Positions 54,785 through 64,000 of a stretch of DNA of 64,000 bases are shown here, piece by piece. The DNA is from an uncultured delta proteobacterium. Its GTDB lineage: Bacteria; Myxococcota; Myxococcia; Myxococcales; Anaeromyxobacteraceae. The first letter of the stretch is position 1; each line of letters opens with the position of its first letter. A model generated the notes under the pieces. The model saw only the letters and a program-made list of their open reading frames with translations. It had not been told where the DNA came from and did no database searches. Location of the stretch: the NCBI GenBank assembly GCA_963766715.1, contig CAVYBH010000015.1, positions 320,001-384,000 of the forward strand, in the 5' to 3' direction. The translations under genes were made by a program, and so were the position numbers.

Positions 54785-55782
54785 TAGTTCTCCGCCTTGG
54801 TCTCCCGGGTCATGAGGTCCACGACGGCCTGCTTGGGGGACAGGTCCTGGTGGAGCACCCGGTAGATGACCTCGGTGATGGGCATCTCGACGTGGAGGCG
54901 ATGGGAGAGCTCGCGCACGGTGCGCGCGGCGGGCACGCCCTCGGCCACCTGGCCCAGCTCGGCCTGGACCTCGGCGAGCGATCGTCCCTTGCCCAGGCCG
55001 AAGCCGACGCGCCGGTTGCGCGACAGGTCGGACGAGCAGGTGAGGACGAGGTCTCCCACGCCGGACAGTCCGGCCAGCGTCAGGGGGTTGGCGCCCTTGC
55101 GAACGGCCAGCCGGGTCACCTCGGCGAGGCCGCGGGTGATGAGGGCGGCCCGGGCGTTGGCCCCGTAGCCGAGGCCGTCGGACATCCCGGCGGCGATGGC
55201 GATGACGTTCTTCACCACGCCGCCGAGCTCGTTCCCGGGGACGTCGTTCGAGGTGTACGGGCGGAACCACCGGGTGTGGAAGGCGTCCTGGACCGACTTG
55301 GTGACCCGGTCCCAGCGCCCCGCGACGGTGATCGCGGTGGGCATCTGCTGCACCACCTCGCGGGCGAAGGACGGCCCGCCGATGTAGGTCAGGTACGGGT
55401 GCATGGCGACCGGCAGCACGTCCTCCAGGACCTCGGCCATCGACATCAGGCTGCCTTCCTCGATGCCCTTCGCCGCCGAGACGACCGCCGTCCCGGCGTG
55501 GAGGTGCCGCTTCGCCTCGATGGCGACCAGGCGCATCACGGCGCTGGGCACGGCGAAGACCACCAGCTCGGCCCCCTCGAGGGCGCGCGCCAGGCTGGCG
55601 CTCGCGCCGAGCGAGGGCGGCAGCTTCATGCCCGGCAGGTAGTGCGGGTTCTCGTGGTTCTTGGCCACGGCGTCGAGAACCGCCGCGTCCCGTCCCCAGA
55701 GGGTGACCGGGTAGCCTTTGCTGGCCAGGACCGACGCCAGGGCCGTTCCCCAGGATCCGGCTCCGAGCACCGTCGAGCGCAT
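54784..55782 (-). CDS. gpsA: NAD(P)H-dependent glycerol-3-phosphate dehydrogenase
   Basis: [38 protein letters not shown] and AEG. Confidence 0.96.
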
Positions 55783-55867
55783 GTGTTCCTCCGATCGGGT
55801 TGGAGGGGCAGTTAACCACGGACCGGGCGCCGCGCGCGCGATTCTCCGGGGGTCTGCGTCACGCGTG

Positions 55868-56953
55868 CTAGCCGACGGCGCGCGCCACCAGCGCGTCGAA
55901 CAGGCGGGGAGCCCGTCCCAGCCAGTCCACCGCGGTGCGCCGGAGCCGCGGGCGGCGGGCCATGGAGAGCACCAGCCGGGTCACGGCGGCGTGGCGCCGG
56001 AGGCGGGCCCGGAGCGCCCGCTCCCACGGCAACAGCGATTCCCGCGTCGCGCCCCGGAGCAAGGCGTCCGGCAGGAGCGCGCCGAGGCCCATCGCCTCCT
56101 CGAAGGCCAGCGAGACCCCTTCGCCGGTGATGGCGTCGACGTAGCCGCCCGCGTCGCCGGCCAGGAGGAGCCGGTCGACCACCCGGGTCCGGGCATCCCG
56201 CCCGAAGGGGCCGGCGCCTGCCAGCGCGGAATCGGGGGGGGCTCCCGCGAGCCGGCCGGCCAGCCGCGGGAAGCGGGCGAGCAGCCCGTCGAAATCGGGC
56301 GTCATCCCCTCCTCGAAGAGGAAGGCGAGACCGACCCGGGCCGGTCCGGCCGGGGTCAGGTAGGCCTCGACGCCTCGCGTGAAGTGGACCTCGACGGCGT
56401 CGGTCCAGGGGGCGATGGAGAAGTGACGCCGCAGCCCGAAGCGGCGCGGCCCCCGCACCGGCCGCCCCAGCTCCTCCCGCTCCCGGATGGCCGACGCGAG
56501 CCCGTCGGCGGCGACGAGGAGCCGGCCGCGGATCTCGTCCCCCGCGGCGAGCTGGACCGTCACGCCGTCCGCGTCTCGCCGGTGGGAGGCCACCGCGACG
56601 CCGTCCAGCACCTCGGCCCCGGCCTCCCGGGCCCGCGCGAGCAGGGCGGCGGAGAGCGCCAGGCGGCGAACGCCCATTCCACCGGGCGCCGGCAGGGCCG
56701 CCTCCGCGGACGATCCGTCCTCCTGCACCCAGCGGATGGCCCGGACCGGGGACCACCCGGCCGGATCGAGGTGGGGGAGCACGCCCATCGCGGCGAGGGC
56801 GCGGACGCCGCCCGGCAGGATCCCCTCCCCGCAGGCCTTGTCGGCGGGCAGCGCGCGGCGCTCCAGCACCAGCGCGTCGAGGCCGCGGCGTGCCGCCTCG
56901 ATCCCCACGGCCAGCCCGGCCGGCCCTCCGCCGACGACGATCACGTCGCGCAC
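55868..56953 (-). CDS. FAD-dependent oxidoreductase/monooxygenase (geranylgeranyl reductase-like)
   Basis: [18 protein letters not shown] and [15 protein letters not shown]. Confidence 0.88.
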   Translation of the reverse strand: MRDVIVVGGGPAGLAVGIEAARRGLDALVLERRALPADKACGEGILPGGVRALAAMGVLPHLDPAGWSPVRAIRWVQEDGSSAEAALPAPGGMGVRRLALSAALLARAREAGAEVLDGVAVASHRRDADGVTVQLAAGDEIRGRLLVAADGLASAIREREELGRPVRGPRRFGLRRHFSIAPWTDAVEVHFTRGVEAYLTPAGPARVGLAFLFEEGMTPDFDGLLARFPRLAGRLAGAPPDSALAGAGPFGRDARTRVVDRLLLAGDAGGYVDAITGEGVSLAFEEAMGLGALLPDALLRGATRESLLPWERALRARLRRHAAVTRLVLSMARRPRLRRTAVDWLGRAPRLFDALVARAVG

Positions 56954-56954
56954 G

Positions 56955-58711
56955 TCACCTCCGGGGTCGCGCGGAGGCGATCCCGCTGCGGACCACCTCC
57001 CACGCCAGCGAGAGGGCATTCACCTTCGTGGAGGGGCCAGCGTGCCGGCCAGGAAGCGGCGCAGCGCCTCGGCGCGGCGCATCTTGCCGCTGGAGGTGCG
57101 CGGCAGGGTCCCCGGCTCGAGGAGGTGGACGGCGTGGACCCGGACGCCGGTGCGCGCGAGCACCGCGGCGCGGACGGCGTCCTCGAGGGCCTCGCTCCCC
57201 TCCCGTCGGCGTCGCGGCCCCGCTCGGCGAGCACGAGCAGCTCCTCCCCCTCGCCGTCCGGGGGCACGTAGCCGAGCGCCACCGCGCACCCCGGGCGCAG
57301 GCCGGGAATCGCGCCCAGGGCGCTCTCGAACTCCTCCGGGGCGTGGTTCGCACCCCGGACGATGACGAGATCCTTGACCCGCCCGTGCACGAAGAGCTCG
57401 CCGCCGGCGTGGAATCCCAGGTCTCCGGTGTCGAGCCAGCCGTCGCGGAGCGCCCGCCCGGTGGCCGCCTCGTCGCCCAGGTAGCCCTGCATCACCGACG
57501 GGCCGCGCACGTGGATGCGCCCCAGCCGGCGCTCGGGCAGCGGCGCGCCGGACTCGTCCCGGACCTCGACCTCCGCGCCCGGAACCGGGCGCCCCACCGA
57601 CACGACCTCGCGGCGGCCGGGCGCCACCTCGCCCGCGGCGAGGCGCTCCGGGTCGAGCCCCTCGGAGAGCGGCGGCCGCCCGGTCGGGCAGAAGGTCACG
57701 GCGAGCGAGGCCTCGGAGAGCCCGTAGACCGGCGTGAGCGCGCCCGGGTCGAGGCCGGCGGGGGCGAAGCGCGCGGCGAAGCGCTGCAGGGTGCCGGCGG
57801 TGACCGGCTCGGCCCCGTCGAGGGCGACGCGCCAGCTGGCGAGCGAGAGGCCCGCGAGGTCCGCGTCGCGCACCCGGTCGGCGGCGTAGGCGTAGGCGAA
57901 GTGGGGCGCGGCCGAGATGGTCCCGCGGTGGCGGCCGATGGCCCGGAGCCAGAGGGCCGGGCGGGCCAGGAAGTGCTCGGGCGGGATGAGCACGAGCGGT
58001 CCCGGGTACCCCACCGCGCCGAGCAGGCATCCGATGAGCCCCATGTCGTGGTAGAGCGGCAGCCAGGAGACCAGCACGTCCTCCCGGGTCGGCCGTACCA
58101 GGACCATGAGTGAATCGACCTGGGAGACCAGGTTGGCGTGCGAGAGGGAGACCGGCTTGGGGTCCACGGTGGAGCCCGAGGAGAACTGGACGAGGGCGAG
58201 ATCGTCCGCGCCGCGCCGCACGCCGGCCTCCGGCCCGGAGACGAGGGAGGCGGCGTCCACGACGCCCAGGTCGAGCCCGGCCCCGGCCTCCGCCACGGCC
58301 CGGCCCAGGATCCGGGACACCGTGCCCGACGTCACCACCACCCGCGCGCCCGAGACCCGGAGCATGCGCGCCGTGGCGGCCAGGTACTCGTCCATGCGCC
58401 CGAGCCGCACCGGCGGGTAGAGCGGCACCGGGACGGCGCCGGCGTGCAGCGCGCCGAAGAAGGCGTCGAGGAAGGCCGGCTCGGTGCGCAGCACGATGGC
58501 CACCCGGTCCCCGGGCCGCACGCCCCTCGCCACGAGAGACCCCGCCGTGCGGCGCGCGCGCCGGTCCACCTCGGCCCAGGAGAGCCGCACCTCCTCCTCC
58601 CGCAGCCCGACGAAGGTGACGCCGCTCGGGTGGCTCGCCGCCGCGGAGAGCATCTCCGTCACCGTCGGATGCGCCGGGGGCGGCAGCCGGGGGCCGGTCG
58701 AGCCGCGTCAC
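56955..58711 (-). CDS. Fatty acyl-AMP ligase (frameshifts near both ends)
   Basis: QFSSGST, SWLPLYHDMGLIG, YGLSE, TGDLG, GRVKDLVI and LPRTSSGK (other frame). Confidence 0.88.
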
Positions 58712-58962
58712 GGGAGGACCTCCGGGGCGGCCCGCGCCACCACCAGCCGGGACAGGTCGGCGAGCGAGCGGGCGGTCGCGGCGTCCTCCTCGGTGAGGAT
58801 GATGCGGAAGCGATCCTCCACCGCCACCACCAGCGAGAGCAGGGCCAGCGAGTCGAGCCGCGCCGACAGCTCCTCGTCGTCGCCGAACTCCATCCGCGCG
58901 TGCAGGTCCTCCTGCACCAGGCGCCGGATCTCGGCGGCGACCCCCTGCTCGGCGGGGCTCAC
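58708..58962 (-). CDS. Acyl carrier protein
   Basis: 84 aa with the LDSL phosphopantetheine site and VEDRFRI. Start and stop overlap its neighbours. Confidence 0.85.
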   Translation of the reverse strand: MSPAEQGVAAEIRRLVQEDLHARMEFGDDEELSARLDSLALLSLVVAVEDRFRIILTEEDAATARSLADLSRLVVARAAPEVLP

Positions 58963-59511
58963 GGGACGAACCTCCCCTTCCCCTCGAAGGCGCGCTTCCA
59001 GGCCGGCCCCAGCGCCCGCTCCTCGTCCCGGATCCGGAAGGCCAGGATGATCGCGTTCCCGAGGGTGAAGAAGAGGGCGAGCCGCCACATCCCCCAGGCG
59101 AGCGGGAGGCAGGCCATCTCGATCACCACGGCCAGGTAGTTCGGGTGGCGGAGGAAGCGGTACGGCCCGCCGGTCTCCGGCTTCGTCCCGGGCACCACGA
59201 TGACGCGCGTGCTCCAGCGCTCCCCGAGCGTGCGGATGGCCCACCAGCGCAGGACCTGGGCGGCGACCGCGCCGGCCACGGCGAGCCAGGCCCACGGTCG
59301 GGGGGGGCTCGCGATGCGCGATGGCCCCGAGCGCGAGCGCCGGGAGGAAGACGGCGTGGAACGCCACCATGACCCGGTAGAGCCCCTGGCCGGTCTCCTG
59401 CCCTCCGCGCGCCAGCTGCCGCCGCGAGTTGCGCGCCGAGACGGCGAGCTCGGCGCCCCGCTCGCCGGCGACGAGTCCCAGGAGCACCAGGTAGGCCCAG
59501 AGCGGCGTCAC
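58959..59511 (-). CDS. Isoprenylcysteine carboxyl methyltransferase family protein (SrsB/BpsB-like), frameshift near 59300
   Basis: [36 protein letters not shown] and RIRDEERAL. Confidence 0.87.
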
Positions 59512-59523
59512 GTCACGCTCCCT

Positions 59524-60612
59524 TCACCACTGGAGAAGTACCATCTCGGCGCAGAACCCGGGGCCCATCGCCACCACCAGCCCGCGATCGCCCGGTCGGG
59601 GGTCCCCCGAGGCGAGGAGATCGCCGAGCACGAAGAGCACCGACGCCGACGAGAGGTTGCCCACCTCCTCGAGCGACCGCCAGGAGCGGGCCAGCGCCCC
59701 GTCGGGCAGCTCGAGGGCCGACTGGAAGGCCTCGAGCACCTTGGGCCCGCCGGTGTGGGCGACCCAGTGCGCGACGTCGCGCCGCGAGAGCCCCTGCGAG
59801 GCCAGGAAGTCGTCCACGTCGCGGCCGATGTTCTCCCGGGTGATCCGGGGGACCTCGGCCGAGAGCACGACCTGGAACCCGGTGTCGCGGAAGTCCCAGC
59901 CCATCACCCACTCGGTGTCGGGGTAGAAGGCGGCGCGCGTGGCCACCACCCGGGGGGCCTTGCCGTTCCCTGGACGGGCGCCCCCGGCCAGCACCACCGC
60001 CGCGGCGCCGTCGCCGAAGATCCCGGACGCGACCGCGTTCGCCACCGACAGGTCGTCGCGCTGCAGGGTGAGCGAGCAGAGCTCGACCGAGAGGAGCACC
60101 CCCACGTCCCCCGGAAACCCACGGACCAGGTCGGAGACGCGGGCCAGCCCGGCCGCACCGGCCACGCAGCCCAGGCCGAAGACCGGCACCCGCTTCACGT
60201 CCCGCCGGAGCCCGAGCCGGTTCACCAGCTTGGCGTCGATGGACGGCGTGGCGAGCCCGGTCACCGTCACGAAGACCAGCTGGTCCACGTCGGCCGGCCG
60301 GAGCCCGGCTTCGTCGAGGGCCCGGAGGATCGCCTCCGCGCCCAGCTCCTCGGCCACCCGGATCCAGGCGTCGTTCGACTTCTTGAAGGTGTCGAGCGGC
60401 GGATACTCGGCGAGCGGCAGCGCGAGGTGGCGGCCGCGGACCTTCACCGCCCGGTGGAGGTCGTCGAGCCGATCGACGTTGTGGTGCTGCCGGGCCCAGT
60501 GGGCGCGGAGCGCCGCGGTCAGGGTCTCCTGGTCGGCGTAGTTCGCGGGGAGTGCGCGGCCGACGGAGAGGATGGCCGGGACAGGAGCTGGACGAGCGGA
60601 GGGTTCGGGCAC
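59524..60612 (-). CDS. Type III polyketide synthase (SrsA/BpsA/FtpA-like)
   Basis: Catalytic Cys (GLGCVAG), His (AHTGG) and Asn (GNLSS); ELCSL, FGDGAAA and MGPGF. Confidence 0.93.
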   Translation of the reverse strand: MPEPSARPAPVPAILSVGRALPANYADQETLTAALRAHWARQHHNVDRLDDLHRAVKVRGRHLALPLAEYPPLDTFKKSNDAWIRVAEELGAEAILRALDEAGLRPADVDQLVFVTVTGLATPSIDAKLVNRLGLRRDVKRVPVFGLGCVAGAAGLARVSDLVRGFPGDVGVLLSVELCSLTLQRDDLSVANAVASGIFGDGAAAVVLAGGARPGNGKAPRVVATRAAFYPDTEWVMGWDFRDTGFQVVLSAEVPRITRENIGRDVDDFLASQGLSRRDVAHWVAHTGGPKVLEAFQSALELPDGALARSWRSLEEVGNLSSASVLFVLGDLLASGDPRPGDRGLVVAMGPGFCAEMVLLQW

Positions 60613-60729
60613 ATCCCTGGACTAATCGACCGTTCACGGCGGCGCCCCGCGAGGAGCCGGAGCGACCCGTCTCGGGGCCCCCCATTCCGGCACTTGCCTC
60701 GTCCAACCAAGGCCTTACCTTCGTTCTTC

Positions 60730-63366
60730 ATGCGACCCGACAAGCTGACGGTGAAGGCCCAGGAAGTCCTCCAGGAGGCCCAGGCCCTGGCGCGCAAGCG
60801 CGAGCACCAGGCCATCGACCTCGAGCACCTCCTGCTCGCCCTCCTCCACCAGCAGGAGGGCGTCGCGAAGCCCCTGCTCGAGCGGATCGGCGCCAACGCC
60901 GGCCAGATCGAGAGCCGTCTCGAGGACGAGCTCCGTTCCGTGCCCAAGGTCCACGGCGGCGGGGAGCCCTACTTCGGCAACCGGCTCCAGAAGCTCCTCG
61001 ACCGGGCCGAGGAGGAGGCCAAGCGCCTGAAGGACGAGTACGTCTCCACCGAGCACCTGCTCGCCGCGGCCGCCGAGGACAAGAGCCCGCCGGGCGAGGC
61101 CCTTCGCAGCGCCGGGGCCAGCGCCGACCGGCTCCGGGGCGCCATCAAGGAGATGCGCGCCGGGGCGCGCGTGACCAGCCCCGAGGCGGAGAGCCAGTAC
61201 CGCGCCCTCGAGAAGTACACGAAGGACCTCACCGAGGAGGCCCGCAAGGGCAAGCTCGACCCGGTGGTCGGTCGCGACGAGGAGATCCGCCGCACCATCC
61301 AGATCCTCTCCCGCCGCACCAAGAACAACCCCGTGCTGGTGGGCGACCCCGGCGTGGGCAAGACCGCCATCGTGGAGGGGCTGGCCCGCCGCATCGTCGA
61401 CGGGGACGTGCCGGAGGGGCTGAAGAACAAGAAGATCCTCTCGCTCGACATGGGCACCCTCGTGGCCGGCGCCAAGTTCCGCGGCGAGTTCGAGGAGCGG
61501 CTCAAGTCGGTGATGAAGGAGGTGATCGCCTCCGAGGGGCAGATCGTCCTCTTCATCGACGAGATGCACACCATCGTGGGCGCGGGCGCCGCCGAGGGGG
61601 CGATGGACGCCGGCAACCTGCTCAAGCCGGCGCTGGCGCGGGGCGAGCTCCACGCCATCGGCGCCACCACGGTGAACGAGTACCGCAAGCACATCGAGAA
61701 GGACCCGGCCCTCGAGCGGCGCTTCCAGCCGGTGTTCGTGGGCGAGCCGTCGGTGGAGGACACCGTCTCCATCCTGCGCGGCCTCAAGGAGCGCTACGAG
61801 GTCCACCACAAGGTGCGCATCCAGGACGCCGCGCTCGTGGACGCCGCGCGCCTCTCCAACCGCTACATCACCGACCGCTTCCTTCCGGACAAGGCCATCG
61901 ACCTGGTCGACGAGGCCTCCAGCCGGCTGCGCATCGAGATCGACTCGATGCCCACCGAGGTGGACGAGATCCGCCGGCGCATCGCCCAGCTGGAGATCGA
62001 GAAGCAGGGGCTCCGGAAGGAGAAGGACGACGCCTCCCGGCGGCGCCTCACCGACGTGGAGAAGGAGATCGCCGGGCTGAACGAGGAGTTCAGCCGGCTG
62101 AAGAGCCGCTGGGACCGGGAGAAGGGGTTCATCCAGAAGCTCTCCACGCTGCGGGCCGACCTCGAGTCGGTGAAGAACGAGCAGGCCGACGCCGAGCGGA
62201 AGGCCGACTTCAACAAGGCCGCCGAGATCAAGTTCGGCAAGCTCCCCGCCGTGCAGGCCGAGATCGACAAGATCCAGAAGGAGCTGGCCGAGGCCCAGAA
62301 GGGCGGCGCCATGCTCCGCGAGGAGGTCACGCCCGAGGAGATCGCCGAGGTGGTCTCCAAGTGGACCGGCATCCCGGTGTCCAAGCTCATGGAGGGGCAG
62401 AAGGAGAAGCTCCTCTCCATGGAGAAGCGGCTCGCCGAGCGGGTCATCGGCCAGGAGCTGGCGGTGCAGGTGGTGTCGGCGGCCGTGCGCCGCGCCCGCT
62501 CGGGCATGCAGGACCCCAACCGCCCCATCGGCTCGTTCATCTTCCTGGGGCCCACCGGGGTCGGGAAGACCGAGACCGCCCGCGCGCTCGCCGAGTTCCT
62601 CTTCGACGACGACGACGCGATGATCCGCATCGACATGTCCGAGTACATGGAGAAGCACGCCGTCTCGCGCCTCATCGGCGCCCCTCCGGGCTACGTGGGC
62701 TACGAGGAGGGCGGCCAGCTCACCGAGGCGGTGCGGCGCCGCCCCTACTCGGTGGTGCTCTTCGACGAGATCGAGAAGGCGCACCGCGACGTCTTCAACG
62801 TGTTCCTGCAGATCCTCGACGACGGGCGGCTCACCGACGGGCAGGGGCGCACGGTCGACTTCCGCAACTCCGTGCTCATCATGACCTCCAACGTCGGCTC
62901 CGAGCACATCATGAGGCTCGGGGCGCGCAAGGACTCCGAGAAGGAGATGCGCGAGGCGGCCATGGAGGCCCTGCGCGCCGAGTTCAAGCCGGAGTTCCTG
63001 AACCGCGTCGACGACGTGGTGGTCTTCCGGCCGCTCTCCCGCGAGGACCTCTCCCACATCGTGGAGATCCAGCTCGGACGGCTGCGGAAGCTGCTCGCCG
63101 AGAAGCAGATCACCCTCGAGCTCGGCGAGAAGGGGCGCGAGGCGGTGGCCGACGCCGGCTACGACCCGGTCTACGGCGCGCGTCCCCTCAAGCGGGCCAT
63201 CCAGCGCATGATCCAGGACCCGCTCTCGAACCGGCTCCTCTCCGGCGAGTTCGCGCCCGGCGACCACATCGTGGTCGACGAGGGCAAGGACGGCGGCCTC
63301 GACTTCAGGAAGGGGACCCGTCCCCCGGAGACGCCGAAGAAGGAGGAGAAGAAGAAGGGGAAGTGA
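60730..63366 (+). CDS. clpB: ATP-dependent chaperone ClpB
   Basis: [23 protein letters not shown]-domain coiled coil, [20 protein letters not shown] and YGARPLKR. Confidence 0.97.
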   Translation: MRPDKLTVKAQEVLQEAQALARKREHQAIDLEHLLLALLHQQEGVAKPLLERIGANAGQIESRLEDELRSVPKVHGGGEPYFGNRLQKLLDRAEEEAKRLKDEYVSTEHLLAAAAEDKSPPGEALRSAGASADRLRGAIKEMRAGARVTSPEAESQYRALEKYTKDLTEEARKGKLDPVVGRDEEIRRTIQILSRRTKNNPVLVGDPGVGKTAIVEGLARRIVDGDVPEGLKNKKILSLDMGTLVAGAKFRGEFEERLKSVMKEVIASEGQIVLFIDEMHTIVGAGAAEGAMDAGNLLKPALARGELHAIGATTVNEYRKHIEKDPALERRFQPVFVGEPSVEDTVSILRGLKERYEVHHKVRIQDAALVDAARLSNRYITDRFLPDKAIDLVDEASSRLRIEIDSMPTEVDEIRRRIAQLEIEKQGLRKEKDDASRRRLTDVEKEIAGLNEEFSRLKSRWDREKGFIQKLSTLRADLESVKNEQADAERKADFNKAAEIKFGKLPAVQAEIDKIQKELAEAQKGGAMLREEVTPEEIAEVVSKWTGIPVSKLMEGQKEKLLSMEKRLAERVIGQELAVQVVSAAVRRARSGMQDPNRPIGSFIFLGPTGVGKTETARALAEFLFDDDDAMIRIDMSEYMEKHAVSRLIGAPPGYVGYEEGGQLTEAVRRRPYSVVLFDEIEKAHRDVFNVFLQILDDGRLTDGQGRTVDFRNSVLIMTSNVGSEHIMRLGARKDSEKEMREAAMEALRAEFKPEFLNRVDDVVVFRPLSREDLSHIVEIQLGRLRKLLAEKQITLELGEKGREAVADAGYDPVYGARPLKRAIQRMIQDPLSNRLLSGEFAPGDHIVVDEGKDGGLDFRKGTRPPETPKKEEKKKGK

Positions 63367-64000
63367 CGGGGACGGCGAAGGGCGCGAGCGGCTCCTGGAA
63401 GGCCCGCCAGAGGGTCTCCGGGACCGCCACCCGGCGCCCCTCCAGCATCGAGCGCAGCTGCATGGCGTTGGCCGCCTCCTGCCCCCGGAAGTGGTTGTTC
63501 GTCACCACGTAGACGTCCGTCACCCCGGGTGAATCGGCGATCTCGCGGGCCCGCTCCGCCCAGGGGCGCAGCTCCTCGGCCGCGTACAGGTAGTCGTACC
63601 GCTCGTCGCGGGTGGCCCCGGCGCGGAACCAGTCCTTCGCGTTCCTCCCGTGGATGCGGACGTAGCCGACCTGCGCGGTGGCCACCGCCGACGGCGCGAG
63701 CGAGTTCCGGAAGAGCGGCTGGTCGAGGTTGACGAAGCCGATGCCCTGGGCGGCCAGCGAGGCGTACAGCTCGGGGACGTTCCAGGAGGCGTGCCGGACC
63801 TCGATCACGAGCGGCAGCCCGCGAAAGGCGGCGGTGACGTCGCGCAGCCACTCCCGGCTCGCCTCGTCCCGCTTGAACGACCAGGGGAACTGGAGGAGCG
63901 CCGCCCCCAGCCGGCCGGCCTCGAGCAGGAGGTCCAGCGCCGCGCGCGCGTCGCGGACGTCGTCCGCGGTGAAGGCCTGCCGCTCGTGGGTGAAGCGCCG
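63305..64000 (-). CDS. DUF72 domain protein, 5' part beyond the window
   Basis: [34 protein letters not shown] and VTNNH. Confidence 0.85.
   Translation of the reverse strand, partial: RRFTHERQAFTADDVRDARAALDLLLEAGRLGAALLQFPWSFKRDEASREWLRDVTAAFRGLPLVIEVRHASWNVPELYASLAAQGIGFVNLDQPLFRNSLAPSAVATAQVGYVRIHGRNAKDWFRAGATRDERYDYLYAAEELRPWAERAREIADSPGVTDVYVVTNNHFRGQEAANAMQLRSMLEGRRVAVPETLWRAFQEPLAPFAVPVTSPSSSPPSSASPGDGSPS

Noticed and set aside
58708..59511. Methyltransferase-ACP fusion
   Set aside because: Produced by the frameshift near 59300. The ICMT C-terminus ends at 58959 and the ACP starts at 58962.

Overview
This is a very GC-rich, gene-dense bacterial window. The gene content (selA/selB, a ZnR-GYF-TPR protein, an ftp-like type III PKS cluster, several multiheme cytochromes, fadIJ, clpB) points to an Anaeromyxobacter-like member of Myxococcota; this is inference. 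About 48 CDSs can be supported. Many carry single-base frameshifts, including housekeeping genes (selA, selB, nuoN), so these are most likely long-read indel errors rather than pseudogenes. No rRNA, tRNA, CRISPR array or transposase was recognised. The most interesting region is 30.8-41 kb. It holds two tandem paralogous decaheme MtrC/OmcA-like lipoproteins with collagen-like Gly-X-Y tethers and an unusual 1+5+4 heme layout. Each has its own copy of a conserved promoter, structured leader and upstream palindromic sites. There is no MtrAB conduit nearby. Downstream lie a TMTC-like membrane glycosyltransferase and an intramembrane-sensing two-component system. Other notable items are an orphan nuoLMN unit divergent from selA, a degenerate FHA-GGDEF protein, an Rsm22/METTL17-like methyltransferase coupled to RNase Z, a split ABC-2 transporter, a FAAL-ACP-type III PKS cluster and two long palindromic intergenic elements.
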